This document shows, one piece after another, positions 23,401-41,462 of a stretch of 64,000 nt of DNA (positions within the stretch are counted from its first letter, which is position 1; each line of letters begins with the position of its first letter). Source of the stretch: Klebsormidium nitens (lineage: Eukaryota; Plantae; Klebsormidiophyceae); contig DF237055.1 of NCBI GenBank assembly GCA_000708835.1, positions 1-64,000 on the forward strand, written 5' to 3'. The position numbers and the translations under genes are program-made. The notes under the pieces were generated by a model that worked only from the letters and a program-made list of their open reading frames with translations, made no database searches and had not been told where the DNA came from.

Positions 23401-25000
23401 TTGCCGTCCTGCATCTTGCTCTGGTCAGACTCCGTTTGAAACAGCCTCGAGTGCGAAACCCGATGTATATATCATCTGGGCTGTTTGAGACTTGTCAGGG
23501 ACCTCGTTCACCTTTGACTACTACCTTCAGTGAATGGTAACAAATGGCGACAGCCGTTTGGTTTGAGCCGTTGAAATAGTCGTCAAGGGCTTCCTTACTC
23601 TGAACGATTGGGGTTACGTGCAACCCACAGTGCTGACGAGGTTTTCTTCTGCTTTTACTGAATGGTATTAAAACTTGATCGTCTTTCAAACCCATCAGAA
23701 TCCCATATGGGCTGAACGGTCGAAGACTCATTCAAGAAAAGGCTCAACGGATTGATACCTGTCCAGATTCTGAGAAACCCAGTTGAGCTCAGGTTTTTAT
23801 TCAATGATTACTGAGTCGAAGCGACATGATCCCGCACAATTCTTATATGCAAAGCACGACTTGGCGGATCCACTTCCTTGATCGGACTGCAACTTTCATC
23901 TGATTTCATCAATAGTTTTGCTGAAGTCACACCAACTGCGAGCGCACGACCTTTTCTGAATCGGAATCCGAAGACTGTTTGAACATATGTCCGCCCTCTC
24001 AACCGAACAGTCTGACTTCATGCTGAATGGTCTCCGACTCTATCTTCTTCCTTCTCCCGTTCTTCTCGATTGCTTCCTAGAGACGTAGACGCTGCTTCAA
24101 TCAGTACTCTCAACCGACACAATGCAGGCGATTACTCAACCAGTTTCTAAGAATCTCGATGCCGACTTTCAATGGGCATTCGAGACCTCGAGATACCACT
24201 GCCGGCCGAAAGGCTAAGGCTGTTATATTCTCCGAATCTTATTATTGGGTTTCAATCTCCCGCCTGAGTCTCTTCGACGCCCTTACCATCAACGCCAGTA
24301 CGAATGCACAAATCACATCTCTATCTATCGTCACTTGAAACTTTAGGTGCTACTTTTCTAGCTTTAAACCCGACTGACCAATAAACGATCCGGATTGGAA
24401 GACTGGTTATGAACGATAAAGCGGAAGAAAGGATGGACTCCCACCACTAAAAAAGTACCCCAAGATGCCAATCAAGCCTGCTTTTTCGGAATCTTGATAA
24501 AGAGAATATTTTCCCCGAGCCTCTTCAAATTACGTGATCGGAGCGAGTTGGCCGGTGGTCAGAAGGCTGTCTACCGATCGGGCGATTGAAAGCTCAGCGT
24601 CCGCTGCCGACCTATCATTGCCAAATCTGAATACAGTTGCACCTCAAAAGATCGAAAGCTCTGAACGTCTTTAACACCACAGCTTCAACCTTGGGCACTT
24701 GGTTGGTGTCACCTTTCCTCTTTTCCGGCCGCGGCCACTGATCGAGCTCAATCGGTCACGCATGCGGCGCTGGAACTCTTCACGTCAACACTCTGCACGT
24801 CAACATGGACGAGCGGCCCGCGAGGGCCCGCGTCGCGAAGCCCTGATAAGCAAACTTTACTGAATTCAAGGCTTAAGCGCGGCGCTCGACGCGCCGTAAT
24901 TACAATCCGGACAGGCCCAGGTGGGCTGTCGATCTGTTGATTTCCCGAACAATAAGGGGCGCAAGACGCGCACGTGAGCTGCGTGAGCAGAATCTGATAG

Positions 25001-25051
25001 TCGGGGCCGGGGTCCATGTCTCGGGGCCGGGGTCCATGTCGCGGGGCCCGG
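25001..25051. repeat. 20-bp perfect tandem repeat in a GC-rich intergenic block
   Basis: TCGGGGCCGGGGTCCATGTC at 25001-25020 and 25021-25040, plus a partial third copy. Confidence 0.85.
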
Positions 25052-26254
25052 CAACCGCCCCCCAACCGCCGGGCTTGTCTACTCATTGTACGCTCTCGCC
25101 GTGGACCTTTGCAGGGCCGACCATTGAACCCCCATTGAACCTATCGTTAGAACGAGGGCGAACGTGTCATTTGTAGCGCCTGAGCTAGCTAGCTAGCCGA
25201 GCTCAAAGAGGCACATTCTCACGGTTCATACAAGAAGGCTTTGGTGCGGCGGCCCGCGGCCCTGCACTGCGCGGCCGCCGGAAACGACGGTCGACCGTAC
25301 CAGGGGCCCGCGGCCACGAGTTCCAAATTTTCTGGAGCCGATCATCGATGATCAACGCACCGTCCGATAAGCGATAGACGTCACGCGGTCAAACGAGTAT
25401 CAGCTGGCGGTTTGGCGAAGTATGAAAGACGTGGAATCTGACTGTGAGGCAGTTGTCCGTGCAACTGCAACCTGCAGACTCGTGTACACATTGTTCTGGC
25501 AGAACCGTCGCTTTCTTGCTAGCTTGCTCGGGTTTTCAACCTCTGAAAGGTGAGCAAATGCGGGAAGTGCTCAGCAATGCTGCTCATTCAGGCTGACGAT
25601 AGTGTTGCTGCAAGAGTAGGTTGCTGCTTCCAGCTAAATGCAAGGTGCTCCCCAATCAGAATAATCTCTTCCTTGCAGAAGGTTTAGCTAGGGTTGAGCT
25701 CTTTCAGTACCTCCTGATATCATACTTCGACCCTAATCTGCAAAGAACTTACTGTTGCACTCAGCAAGTTACAAAGTCAGCTGCAGATCTTGCCCTTGGA
25801 GGGCCGCATTGTAGCATTACAGATTTATACCTACTACTGCCTGAGCGTGCAAGCCAAGGTCTCGTCACACCAGCTCACGACCTCCGTCAAGAAGCCCTAA
25901 AAGCACTGGAGAGACATGCGGATGCCGATTGTCTTATTTTCAAAGCTGATAGTGGAAAACATTGACGACCTCGGTGCAGTATTTGATCAGAGCTGGCGGT
26001 CGAAGGTTCAGAGAGGAAGGCCGATTGTTCAAAATGAAGAGAGTCTCCAGCAAGAAAGCTGATACAAGTACACGGGGGCCGGAGTCAAGGGGAGCTAGCG
26101 TATAGAGGCCAGTGGACGAACTTTTAGGAACTAGCAAAGAGCTCCTCAGGCTTCAGCAGTTCGGACTCCAACCAGAAGGTCTGAAAGCTCTGAAGGCCTT
26201 TGAAATTGAAGCTATTGGAAAGGGTTTTACAAGGAAGGAGCTGCGGTGGAAGAA

Positions 26255-29200
26255 ATGAAAGCAATGGCGGCGAAACAAAAGGCAATCCTTATTGCAATCT
26301 TGCAAGTCGCTCTGCTGACTTGTTCTGTCAGAGCTCAGCCTCAGGTCACACTGGCTGAAGATGGTAAGGAAGCCTTTAACTCCGCTCTTTACAAATTAAC
26401 AGAGACAACTATTTGATTGTAAGTGAGAAACGACCATTTCTCGCCCCTGACATGCAAAGAGCTATGGCATGAAACTTTTATGCTGCAAAGCCTTCGAGAA
26501 TTACTTAAAACAGTTTTACCCTTCTCAGACTCTTCAGTGACCTCGTACCGCAACCTAGATGGCCCTTATCCTCACTTGTGCACCTTGGAACTAAACAAAC
26601 CAGGAGGAAAATCTGCAAGTTTTGTCCCCTGGTCTGCATGCACAGCTCTCTATGCTCCCTTTCCTTGCAGTGCGAGCTCTATTGGCCTTTGAAGCAGCAG
26701 TTGGGAACCCTTCCCTGTTAACTGCCAGCTGGCAAGGAAACAACCCGTGCGTATCTTCCTGGGTTGGAGTCTCATGCCAGATTCTGAGCGCCAGCCGAAG
26801 TCACACATGGACCGTAGTTGGACTGTGAGTTTTGCCTCTCTTCAAACTCAATTCCAGCTTCAATTATTTCTTGTCAGAAGGTGTTACCCCTCTCATATCC
26901 TGGTAAAGTGGTGAATCGGTAAACGAGGGCAAAGAAGAGCAAGTTTGCTTAGCAGTGCTTCTGCGGATAGTCAGAATAGTACGGCTTCATATCTCTGCCA
27001 TTACTAGGAGTGTTGCCGAGCTCTTAATGATCAAGGCTGCAGCTACTGAGGGTCTTCACAACGTCCATCCAAAATCAACAAGATCGCTGACAATCGTCTT
27101 TGTTGCATGCAGCAATCTGAGCGGTCACGGTCTCCAGGGTTACCTCCCCATCGACTTGGGCAACCTTGTGCAACTGCAGAGCTTGTAAGTGCCCTGCGCC
27201 TCCGCTTCCCACGTCCCTTTATGGCTCTAATTTGACCAGAAGTACTTTTCAAGAGAGCAGCCCCTTCACAGTCTGCTTGCAAATCTCCTTGCATGTGCAA
27301 GAAGCTCGAGAAGGTCGCCCGCATACTGTTGAGGTCCATGCATGATCTTTGAGACCTGTTGCCTTGCCAACCTTTGACCTAACCAATCTGAGCTACCCGC
27401 TTTTTTTGCAGGAATGTGTCCAACAACCAGCTCAGCGGCCCTATTCCAAGCGCGTTGGGCGGGCTGACGTTACTGCAGAGCCTGTGAGTTCAGCTTCTCC
27501 TTCCGAGCAATTTTGGTTGGTCGACTTCGACAAGTTTTGAAAGTGTGGCAGCGAATCGTTGGAGCTCCATTGCTTCAAGTACTGTCCTCAGAGGCAGACA
27601 TCCAAAACCGGGCAGAAAACGAAAGGCGGTGCGTCTTTCTTTACCACCTGGCAAACACCGCTAAGTCTACCCCTGACCCAATCAACTTGTTGCCAGATTT
27701 CCCTATGCCTCTCCTAAATGTCGTTCTGGAATTCAAGCTGTGAACCGGAATGTTCCCCTTTCTGGCTGCAGTGACGTCAGCTACAATCAGCTGAACGGCA
27801 GCATCCCAGCAGAGCTTGGCGGCTGCAAAAACGCCACCATCATGAACCTGGCCCACAATCAGCTGACGGGAAGCGTGCCGGCAGCGCTTGGCAACCTGAC
27901 AAACGTTAAGCTAAGGTGGGTTCTTCTTCCTCAGGAGCCCCGCTCGAAAGGATCAAAACCAACAGTCCATTTTGCTTTTCCTTCTTCTTTATTCCAAGTT
28001 TGTTTCGATATAAGGACCCTCTGAGACTAAAAGTTGGCTTCTTTGAAATCGTTCTCTGAAAACACTTCTTATCTCATCCTCCGTTCTACAAAAGAGCCTT
28101 GACGACTTGGTTTTGTTTCTGCGCAATGAATTGGACGGCAATCCCTTCTGCGTTACATTTGCGAACCTTTCGACTTCTTCTGCTTTCAGGAACCTCTCAG
28201 AGCTTCTGTCCGGTTCTTGGGCACGCAGACTCTAAGCTGCCATGGCTGGCCAAACGAATCCCATCAGCCTGAAAACTTCACGAGCGGGAAAGAAATTGGT
28301 TCGCCCTTCGTTCTCTGCCCGAGCCGAAGCAACTCCCTCACTTGTTTTGGGTCGCCGAAGGCCTGCCAGAGCAACTTCTGAAGCCCACGTAACATCTGCC
28401 CAAAAATGTCGGAAGTAAACCTAAGACACGTCTTTCCGCGCAGTCTTGACGGCAACTCCCTCTGCAACACCATCCCCGGCGCGCCGTGCCTCCTTCAAAC
28501 CGCCGCCCCGAGCGCGTCGCTCGCGCGCAAACCCAGCTCCGGCAAGAAATTGATAATTATCCTCGTACTAGTTGGCTCGCTCGCCGCGGCCGCGGCCGCG
28601 CTGTGCGCGTGTCTCTTTGTCGTGCTGCGGAAGAAGAAGTCGCGCGTGGGGACAGCGGACGACGATGAGGAGAAGTGGATGCGCTTCGACATCCTAGGTA
28701 AGTGTTTGTGAGACACAAACACGCCCGAGCCCGCTGCTCCGTGTTTCGATCAGAAACGGTCACTAGCCGGCCGCTAACCAGCCAAGTCGAAGGGGTGGGG
28801 TCCCTGTACGTAGCAGATTAGCAATGATCAAAACGCGCGGTCGGAAGACGACTCAAACTACAGAGAAAATGTCTTGACGACCTTTGATGGCTGTGATAAC
28901 GGACCCTAAGAACGGAGCCTTATCCATCCCTGGAAGTTGCCTTGAACGCTCTGGACATTTTGCCTGTTTGAGAAAGTAAAGGCCGGGTGATGCAGAGTTC
29001 CGAAAGAAAACCTCATCGAAGCCTCAGCTACTCACCGAACCTCGCAACATTTTTAGAGAACGGTCTCAGCTGCGTGGCCCGGGGCCTGAACCGAAAGGTC
29101 ACCACCGGAAAGAGAAATCACAAAACCTGAAGCTGCGGAACGTACCGCTGCATAAGCGAGCCTGTGGTTATGCCAAAAGTCACTCACTAATATCGTGACG

Positions 29201-32200
29201 TCAATATTCTGCAGAGAAGGGCCATCTGAAGAAGAACCGCAAGGACGAGAAGCTGCCGCCCCCGCTGCCTCCCCGGTACTTCATGTTCCGGGACATCGAG
29301 GCCGGAACCGAGAACTTCAGCCGGGCGAACTACATGGGCGACGGGCCCTACGGACAGTCGTACCGGGCACGGATGGACGTGAGTGGAACTCGGGCCACTT
29401 AAGACTTGTTCAAATGCTCAAATACTTTGTACGCAGAAGGAATGCACTTCGGACGGTCGCTCTCAGGGGATTTTCTGTCGCTCCCTGATTATTTCTGACC
29501 TTCTCTGCCGCCGTCCTTATTTTTGAGGCACTCGTGACTCTTTTTCCTGTTCGAACGGCGAATTTTACTTGTAAGTGAAGTCCATCTCTCACTCCGACAA
29601 GATGCTTTGGCGACGGACGTGGCCATCAAGGTTAACCAACCCGTCAGACTCAAATCTCTGTCTTTGCTTTCTTGTAACTTCTGGAAACGCCTTCAGATCG
29701 AAGTCGCTCGAAGAGCGAAATCTTGCTGCTAACTTAAACCCTCTCCCAAACCTCGCAGGGCGGCAAGGAGGTTTTGGTCAAGCGCCTCGACCGCGCGCTC
29801 GCGTGCAGCGGCCGCGACTTCCGGCGCGAGGTCGACGCACTCGGCCGCGTCGCGCACACAAACCTCGTGAAGCTGATCGGGTATTGCATGGACGACGGGA
29901 TGCATATGCTCGTGTATGAGTGGCTCGACAACGGCAGCCTGTATGACCATCTTCATGGTGAGAAAAAAGTTTTTCTTTGAAAGCGAAAGCGCTTCTGTTA
30001 GCAAGGTTGTGGTTGATGTTTTGGGAGCGGGTCTCTCACGTGGATTTGAATTTCGTTTGGTCAGTGCCGCACGCTTGGCAATGCATTGTTGAAGGATCAA
30101 GCCGAAGCACTTAAAGAGTGGGAAGAGAGACAGCTTCAGAACACCTAACTTTGTCATCGGTTTCAGAATATTCTGAACCTGGAATAAATCATAAACTAGC
30201 GGTTCCAGATGCGGTTTTGCCTGACGCCTTCTTTTAAGAAAGACCGAGAAGAGGTGAAAGATACGGCCTGAAAAAGCGGTGACACAATTCACGCGAGCTT
30301 AACGAGGTTTACACCACGATTCCGTTTCCTGAACGTCCCCTGCTTCGTCCCTCAGGTTCCTTCATGAAGGAGTCGCCCCTCGACTGGCCCGCGCGCGTCA
30401 AGGCCGCGGCCGGCGTCGCGCGCGCGCTCGCGCATCTCCAGGACGGCGCCGTCAAGCCGCCCATCATCCACCGCGACTTCAAAACGTCGTCCGTCCTTTT
30501 GGACGCCGACTGTACGGCCAAAGTGTCCGAGTACGGGCTGTGCAAACTAGCGGCGGACGAAAACGACGCGCACTGCAGCACGCGCATTTTGGGCGCGTTC
30601 GGGAGCGTCGCACCGGAGTACATCATGACGGGCCAGTGTGACGAAAGAAGCGTGGTCTACACTTTCGGTGTGTTGCTGCTGGAGTTGATGACGGGACGGA
30701 AACCGGTGGACATGCGCCAGCCGGTCGGGCAGCAGAGCCTGGTCACGTGGGTGAGTGCCACGTGGCGCACGGTGCTTCGTCCTCGGACGAAAGTCGCAGT
30801 CATCGCAAGCAGAGGCCGCGAAGATCCTTCTGAACGTTTGTCCGTATGCGATATCAGTCTGTTGATGCAGCGACTCCGACCCTCTACTTGTTGAATCCTA
30901 CAAATCCAATATGGGCTTCTTGTGATGCACCGTGTTCTTTTCAATTACGGACGCGGCCTGATTTACGCCGCTTGCATTGGTGTGGTAATGATTGAAAAGA
31001 CTTCCACGTGACTTCCACCTTCGGGTTAATTGACTTTTTTTTCTGAAGGCAGAAGCGCTCTTGCCGTTCGGCCGTTTGAAGCAGACAAAAGTCTTTTGCG
31101 GCCGAAACAGATTCCTACACAGATTGCAAACACAGAGCTTCCCCTGCGACACAAACGCACCCGTTGGTTGCTTTCGGACGCCTCCGGACGCCTTCGGACG
31201 TTCACTGACCCTTCGCTTCGGACCGTCCGCAGGCGGGCCCCCACCTGAACAACCAAGAGAAGCTGGCGCAAATGATCGATCCTAAACTTCGTGGGCTGTA
31301 CCCCAAAAAGGACTTGGCCAAATTCGCCGCGGTCGCCGCCATGTGCCTGCAACCGGAGCCGGACTTCCGGCCGATCATGACGGACGTGGCGGCGACGCTC
31401 GAAAGCTTGCAGGTGAGGAAAAGGTCGCCGTAATATTTCATGGGAGTTGAACCAGACGGGCAATGGGATTTTTGATGAGAGAAAGGAACCTCGGGAGCGT
31501 GCTGAAAGGAAGTCTCTTTTCGTGCGGCAAGGGGTGGCTGAGCGGCGGCAAGGACGGAGTTACGCTGTTGCGAAAGGCGGAGTCCTCTCAAAAGACCGCT
31601 TCTCAAACATCCAGCAAACCCCTCCGCGCAAGGTTGTGAAGCTGATTGTGGGTGTTCTTGACTGTCTTTCAGGCCACGCGCCTTCAATAAGTGCGACGCC
31701 TTGAGCCAAAACGCTTGCACGATCAAAGGGCGAAAGAAAACACTCTACTCGGAGTGAAGCTTGCCGATCCTTCTTGACGGAATCAATACTGACCCTCACC
31801 CGGTTGTACCTTCCCTGCAGTTGTACGAGCCCGGCGTGTCCCGGTCAGAGTCAGGCGAGCTCCCGATCAGCACACGACCAAGCGGCTCGAACAGCCGGCC
31901 GCCTTCTAGAGTCAGCACGCCCCGGGTTACCGACCCGATCAAGGTGGGCGATCTCGGTTCGACTTGGTTATTCTACATATTGTACACACAAAGAGGAAAG
32001 ACGTTCGTTCTTGGTTCTGCTTGGCTGCTGCCGAATGGCATTGCATCCGTGGAATCGTCCAGCCGGCCTGATCTAGAGAACAGATTCGTTTTCGGAATTA
32101 GCTTTCTCAGCAATGATTTATCCCCTGGTCAAACACTTAAGTTCGTTCTTTCTGAAGCGAATTTGCTGTCGGGGTCGATACCTTGGTTCCAACGGCACAA

Positions 32201-32291
32201 CTCGAGCAACTTACAGCGCATCAACGGACTTCGGCGCATTCCCAAAAAAGTGCAGTTCGACTCTGGCACGAGAATCTGTATGTCCATTTGA
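26255..32291 (+). CDS. LRR receptor-like kinase (signal peptide, LRRNT, about 4 LRRs, TM, atypical kinase domain), about 633 aa; STRUBBELIG/SRF- or Pti1-like C-lobe
   Basis: Exons: 26255-26363, 26671-26824, 27113-27184, 27412-27483, 27772-27915, 28444-28697, 29215-29378, 29759-29957, 30356-30750, 31233-31412, 31821-31943, plus an uncertain last exon 32256-32291. LRR exons are 72/144 nt. LRRNT ALLAF..SWQGNNPC.SSWVGVSC; TM LIIILVLVGSLAAAAAALCACLFVVL followed by RKKK; kinase motifs HRDFK, APEY and GRKPVD..P.GQQSLVTWA. The 3' end is not firmly resolved. Confidence 0.88.
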
Positions 32292-34390
32292 TCCTGTCGC
32301 GGAAAGCATCAGTCGCTGATTCCAATCCCACGTTGTATATGCAGATCCCCCTCGTATATTAGTCGAGGCAAGTCGTTCTCGTTGCGCCAACAAAGAACGT
32401 TAGAGCGTGCCGGCAGCGCGAATCGTGATGGAGACCCGGCTTCGACACGCGCAACTGCGAAAACCGCTGTTCTGTAACGATCGAAACAATAGCCCCCAAT
32501 TTGGAAATGCGCGTAACATCTCCCATACAAGTCTGTCAATACAGAGGGAAGTGATTTGGGGCACTGGAAGTGGACGGATGCCAGCCGCACTGGCAGTACG
32601 AGGCGCGAGCGTACTGAACATCAGCAAAATTCGACAAGACTGGTGTTCGATAGCACCCGGAGATGCAGAAACATTCTTTAGCCCGGCTTGGTTTACATCG
32701 CCAGCCGTAATCGTCCAAAGAACGTGTAGGGGGATTAGTCTAGCAGCCTTCGAAGAGGCTCCTTGTTAGTCGTCGTTTCTTGCTGAAAGGTTGCTGGAGT
32801 AGCCATATGATCGGGTAGGTTTGAAGCTCGTGAGAGACGGCGGCGGTAAACGCAACGGAGAAAAGATGATGTTCGCTTACAGTTGCCTGCGAACATTTTG
32901 GATCCTACTGAAAGGGTCAGGCCGCTAAGGGCCGCTTCGGACATAGATAAGCTAGTTTGTCTAACCCAACAGGGTCAGAGGAGACCCTTGAAGAAATTGA
33001 GGGCCTGTTAGGCGGCGCCAGGATCGTCCCAGGCATACTAATCAAGGATCAGAAACCGAAAGGACGGTTTAATACGTCAGGTACGACAATCGAGATGATG
33101 TAGAGGGGGTGATGCCGTGTCCTGTATGTAGACTAAGGTACTGAGTCAAACAAACACTGTAACAAGATTCATCTTGCTGCGTGGATCACTTCACGACCAC
33201 TGATTGGTCGTGACTCTGTTCTGTACGACATTTTCAGGAAAGGATTTCCGGAGCGATTTGTAGCCCTTCAACTCAGCCTGTGATCGGGAGAGTCGGCTAT
33301 TCGTCGGGCCATCTCAATTGCCCCCGTCCAACCTTCCAATGTCATGCATCTTGAATTAGCGCGCGCCTAGCTAGTATTGGCCAAGCTGGATAGTCCTTCT
33401 TATCTTAGTAGTACGTATAATATCACACATCCTGCGGGCCTATTGTATCGCCTGAAGCCGCTGCATGCTGCACTGATCAGTGCGCTGCCACCGTATGGAC
33501 TAAATAATGCAGAGCGCCTCCAGATCATAGCCGTCGCGCGCTGGTGGCTCAGTCACTTGCACCCAGCGCGATCATGCCTTTTGGTCAATGATCAAACCAT
33601 GCAGCGCCGCGGCGGTACAGGACGTGCATACAACTCAATGATCATGTTACTGTTCGAGTTGTGGCGGCAGGCGCCAATTGACTAGTTGACTTCAAGTCAC
33701 TGAGTGAGCTCAGTGCGGCGCAATTAATCATGTTGCACTAGACCGCATGCCAGCACAGCGTCGAATATAAACATGGCGCGGCCGCGCATGCCAGCCGCCA
33801 TATATCATGCACGCGGTTCCATTGAGAATCGCATCGCCGCAGGTGCCCATGCACCGTCCAGTTGCAATGTACCGTACGTATGTGCCAGGTCAGTGCATTG
33901 AACGTGAACTATGAAGGAATGATTGCGCTGCACGTTCAGGCGCAACTAGCACTGGCATTCAAACGCAGCTCTAACGTTGTTATGCTTGCAATCTTGAACT
34001 CAGGAACTGCATCATTTTGTGGCTGGCCTCTATAGAGAGATCTCAATTGGCGGCCCAGACGGACGTGCGCATATGACGGTGCTTGTTTGGTTCCAGACTG
34101 AATGGCAGCCGTATTTCTACCACGCTTTTTCAGCTACCAACTCAAGCAACATCTCAAGAAACATGGGATGTGAAGGGATGATATACGAAGTGCTTGTAAA
34201 CTCAGCGTTGTGACTACAAGCCAAAATAACATCGATCTGCCAATATGCAGACTCCGTCCAGTGGCAAAGTCCAGTCTACTCTACACTCGCTCATTTGACG
34301 ACAGAAGGTCGAATCAGGTAAGCGTTCAACAAGAGACAGCATTCAACGAAGCTATGATACAATTGTTCTTAAATAGCAACACGAGTTACA

Positions 34391-36750
34391 TCAACGCCTC
34401 GTCTCCTTTGTCAGAATCACTTTCTGCAGACAACAAGCAAACACGGTTCTCCATCAGGATTTTTGTTTCTTCTACGTTTTGTCAAAAGAACATAAGTGGC
34501 TCTCGCAAAAACCGAATCTCAATGGACGCAGGCAAACATAACAAGAATGATGCGAGAGTATGCCTGCACCGATAGTCTATCACCAATTCAAATCGAGGGA
34601 GCTAGCCGGTGCCCATGAAACGTTAAGAAGAAGTTCAAAAGAACGGACCTTCCGATGACCTCTTCCGCAAAATCTCGAAGATTCAGACGGCATACTCAGT
34701 AGTGCGTTTAAGCTTAAGAGGGCAGGATAAGGACAGAAAGGGCAAGATAAGGACTTATTCTAGGCCAATTTGCGAAGACAAAAATCGCCTGGGACCCTCT
34801 GAAGGCATGCAACAAGGATGGATTTCAGCTTTGATTCGGATTGGCTCACCTGCAACGCTCCGTCATGTCCATACACTCTTTCTGCCGACGTCCCCGTCTC
34901 CTCTCCTTGCACCCAGCTTGCCAACACTGCAAACCCACCCCCTTCGGCTTCCCCGACTTTCACCCACACCCCAGCCGGCAAGAGCACGTTCACATCACTC
35001 TCCCTTAGCTTTCTATCCACCTCGACCGTCTTGTTAACCACGTCAAAACCCTTGCTAGTCGGTGTGAAAATGTGCTGGTCAGCGCTCCAGGCTCCCTCGA
35101 TCGTTGTCTTAACCAACCGAGGGTCATCCGCAAAGCCGCGCATCTTTCCCCCGCAACTAGAGAGCGACTCTCCTTTCTCAAACGCGCTGTCCCACCGCTC
35201 CCGGGCAACTTTGACCGATGTCAGCGCCGGCTGTGCTGACATCGAAGGTCGCTCAAGGGTCAGCGTAACCCGAATCCTTAACCCGGAGCTATCCACAAGA
35301 CCGTGTTCTACTTGCCATTTTTGCCCCCCCTCCGCAGATGCGGTTGGCCAGGAAAGGGAGTAGGAGCCATCCGGTAGGAAAGCGATTGGTCCGGATGATT
35401 CTCGACCGTCCGCTGTTTTCTCATCAACGGTGTGGACGGTGGCGGCATCAGCTTCGCAGCCAACTGTAGGAAGAAGCCGGGCCAACCTGCAACAAGCGAT
35501 TCCGCAAGTGCTGAGCATGTTTCTCTTGATCACTCATGTGAACCTCAGCAATTTACTTGTTTACGTAATGGGGTAATCCACCTCATGTACGTCGACAGAA
35601 CCTGCAAAAGGACAAGAGGATGTTTCGAGGGATCGTATGCAGATTATGGATGGGCATCGGCCTTCAGTGGTGCACACAATCTTCTCAGGAAGAATGAACG
35701 GAATGAAGCAGGGTTTAAATTACTCGAAATTCTGATTGCAAACGTCCTCTGGCCAGTTTAACCCCTCAGGCCTGCCATTCTCTCAAGTTGCTAGACAGCC
35801 AGAGAGTCTTATTATGCAGCAATGGATTCCCAATGCATGAGTCATCGGCCAGCCTAACTGGGTTCATGGTGTGGAAGGCGTCCTTAGCAGTGCAATGCCC
35901 TACAATCTGTTGCTCGATGGCAGCAGTTGAAAGGTGGCCCCAGCTTTGTCCTTGCAAGCACTGGGATGAGTATTGGCATGATCTAAATGAACCAGACTTG
36001 AAAACATGGGAGGCAAATTATGCAATGCTCATGAAATGCTGCGCTGGAAGCAGCGTTGATGTCTGGACTTTGGGCGCCACAACTACGTGCAATTCTAGTG
36101 AGGAATTACCTGTACCGTACTACACCAAGCAAGGGTAGGACACAATGGTCAGATAAAGTTCTCGAACAGCAGCATATGGTCAGGCACCATATGGTCAGGC
36201 ATGGTGAGAAACAGGTGGCCAGCAATATTTTCAGAAACGCTTACTTGAAAAGGACAGTCCCGTCCTCCTTGCTGCCATAGGAAGAGCACTGCGTCTGCCA
36301 GTCAAAGAGGCGGATCTCCCACTCCCTGAAGGCATCAGGAACAACCGCATATGGCAGCTCCACCGCTGTGCATTCTCCCCAAGAGCTCCCACTCGCAGAA
36401 GTGAACGTAACCTCATACCCCTCCCACTCACCACTGACCTTGTCACAAAATGCGCCCCAGCCAGGCAGGACAGAAGCCGCAGGTTTGCTGACCTCAGCGC
36501 TGACAGCGCTGGAGCCGGACGCTCTGCAGAGGGCAACTTTCTTGACCAGATTTTGCTGTCCACTCATGGAATGAGTATGAGCAGACAAATGCCGCTTTGG
36601 CTCTCCTGCCAATTGACAGCTAGGATTTTGCCACCGTCTCACTAGACAAGCCAGCCGCTGCTGGCTTAAGTGCTTGCACCCAAGGCATTGTTGACTCCGT
36701 GCCAAGCCCTTGGGTGCGGAGGCAGAGATGGAGGCCCTGGCCGCTTGCAT
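34391..36750 (-). CDS. Uncharacterised, probably plastid-targeted protein conserved in green plants, 3 exons, about 391 aa
   Basis: Exons (minus) 36750-36245, 35486-34850 and 34423-34391 with GT-AG junctions in phase. Ser/Ala/Arg-rich transit-peptide-like N-terminus. Motifs WGAF..VSGEWEGY, VVPDAFREWEIRLFDWQTQC and LLPTVGCEADAA are recalled from an uncharacterised plant plastid protein family. Confidence 0.8.
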
Positions 36751-36996
36751 GGCTGCTGAGATTGGCTGCGCTGCGCTCTTCTAAATTCTTCTCTACCTTT
36801 CTTTTCTATGTCCTACTCTGAAGACCTCTGATCCTGCAATTTGGGTTAGCTTGAGATTCGGTTTGGGGTTAAATCCCAGTCATGTGCAAAGGCAATTCTC
36901 TAACCAACTTACCGTTACTATAGTTATACCTGTAGATCGAAAGAGTGGGTTTATAGTGGGTTTATAATGGAACCCTGGCACGGGTTGAGCAATCAG

Positions 36997-37004
36997 AAAC
37001 CCTA
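36997..37004 (+). promoter_or_regulatory. Telo-box AAACCCTA in the 375-bp bidirectional promoter upstream of RPT2
   Basis: Exact AAACCCTA ending 122 nt before the RPT2 ATG. Telo-boxes are established plant promoter elements of housekeeping/translation genes; function here is inferred. Confidence 0.45.
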
Positions 37005-37125
37005 ACCAGCCACGTCCTCTTCTGGAGAGAAGACGAGCCGTTCAGAAGCTTTGCAGCTTGCTTCATTGAGCGCTTTTCAGGTTAACGTTTCTGTTCAGAA
37101 AGTTGTCTTTGGAGGCGCTGCGATC

Positions 37126-41462
<4,337 letters not shown>

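Noticed and set aside
29616-29633. Intronic GACGTGGCCATCAAGGTT (DVAIKV), like a kinase beta3 motif
   Set aside because: No flanking splice sites or extended frame; the real beta3 strand (EVLVK) is in exon 29759.
31944-32255. In-frame extension of the RLK C-terminus (part of ORF 31761-32291)
   Set aside because: Composition is intron-like after AAG|GTGGGC; treated as a probable intron, unresolved without RNA data.
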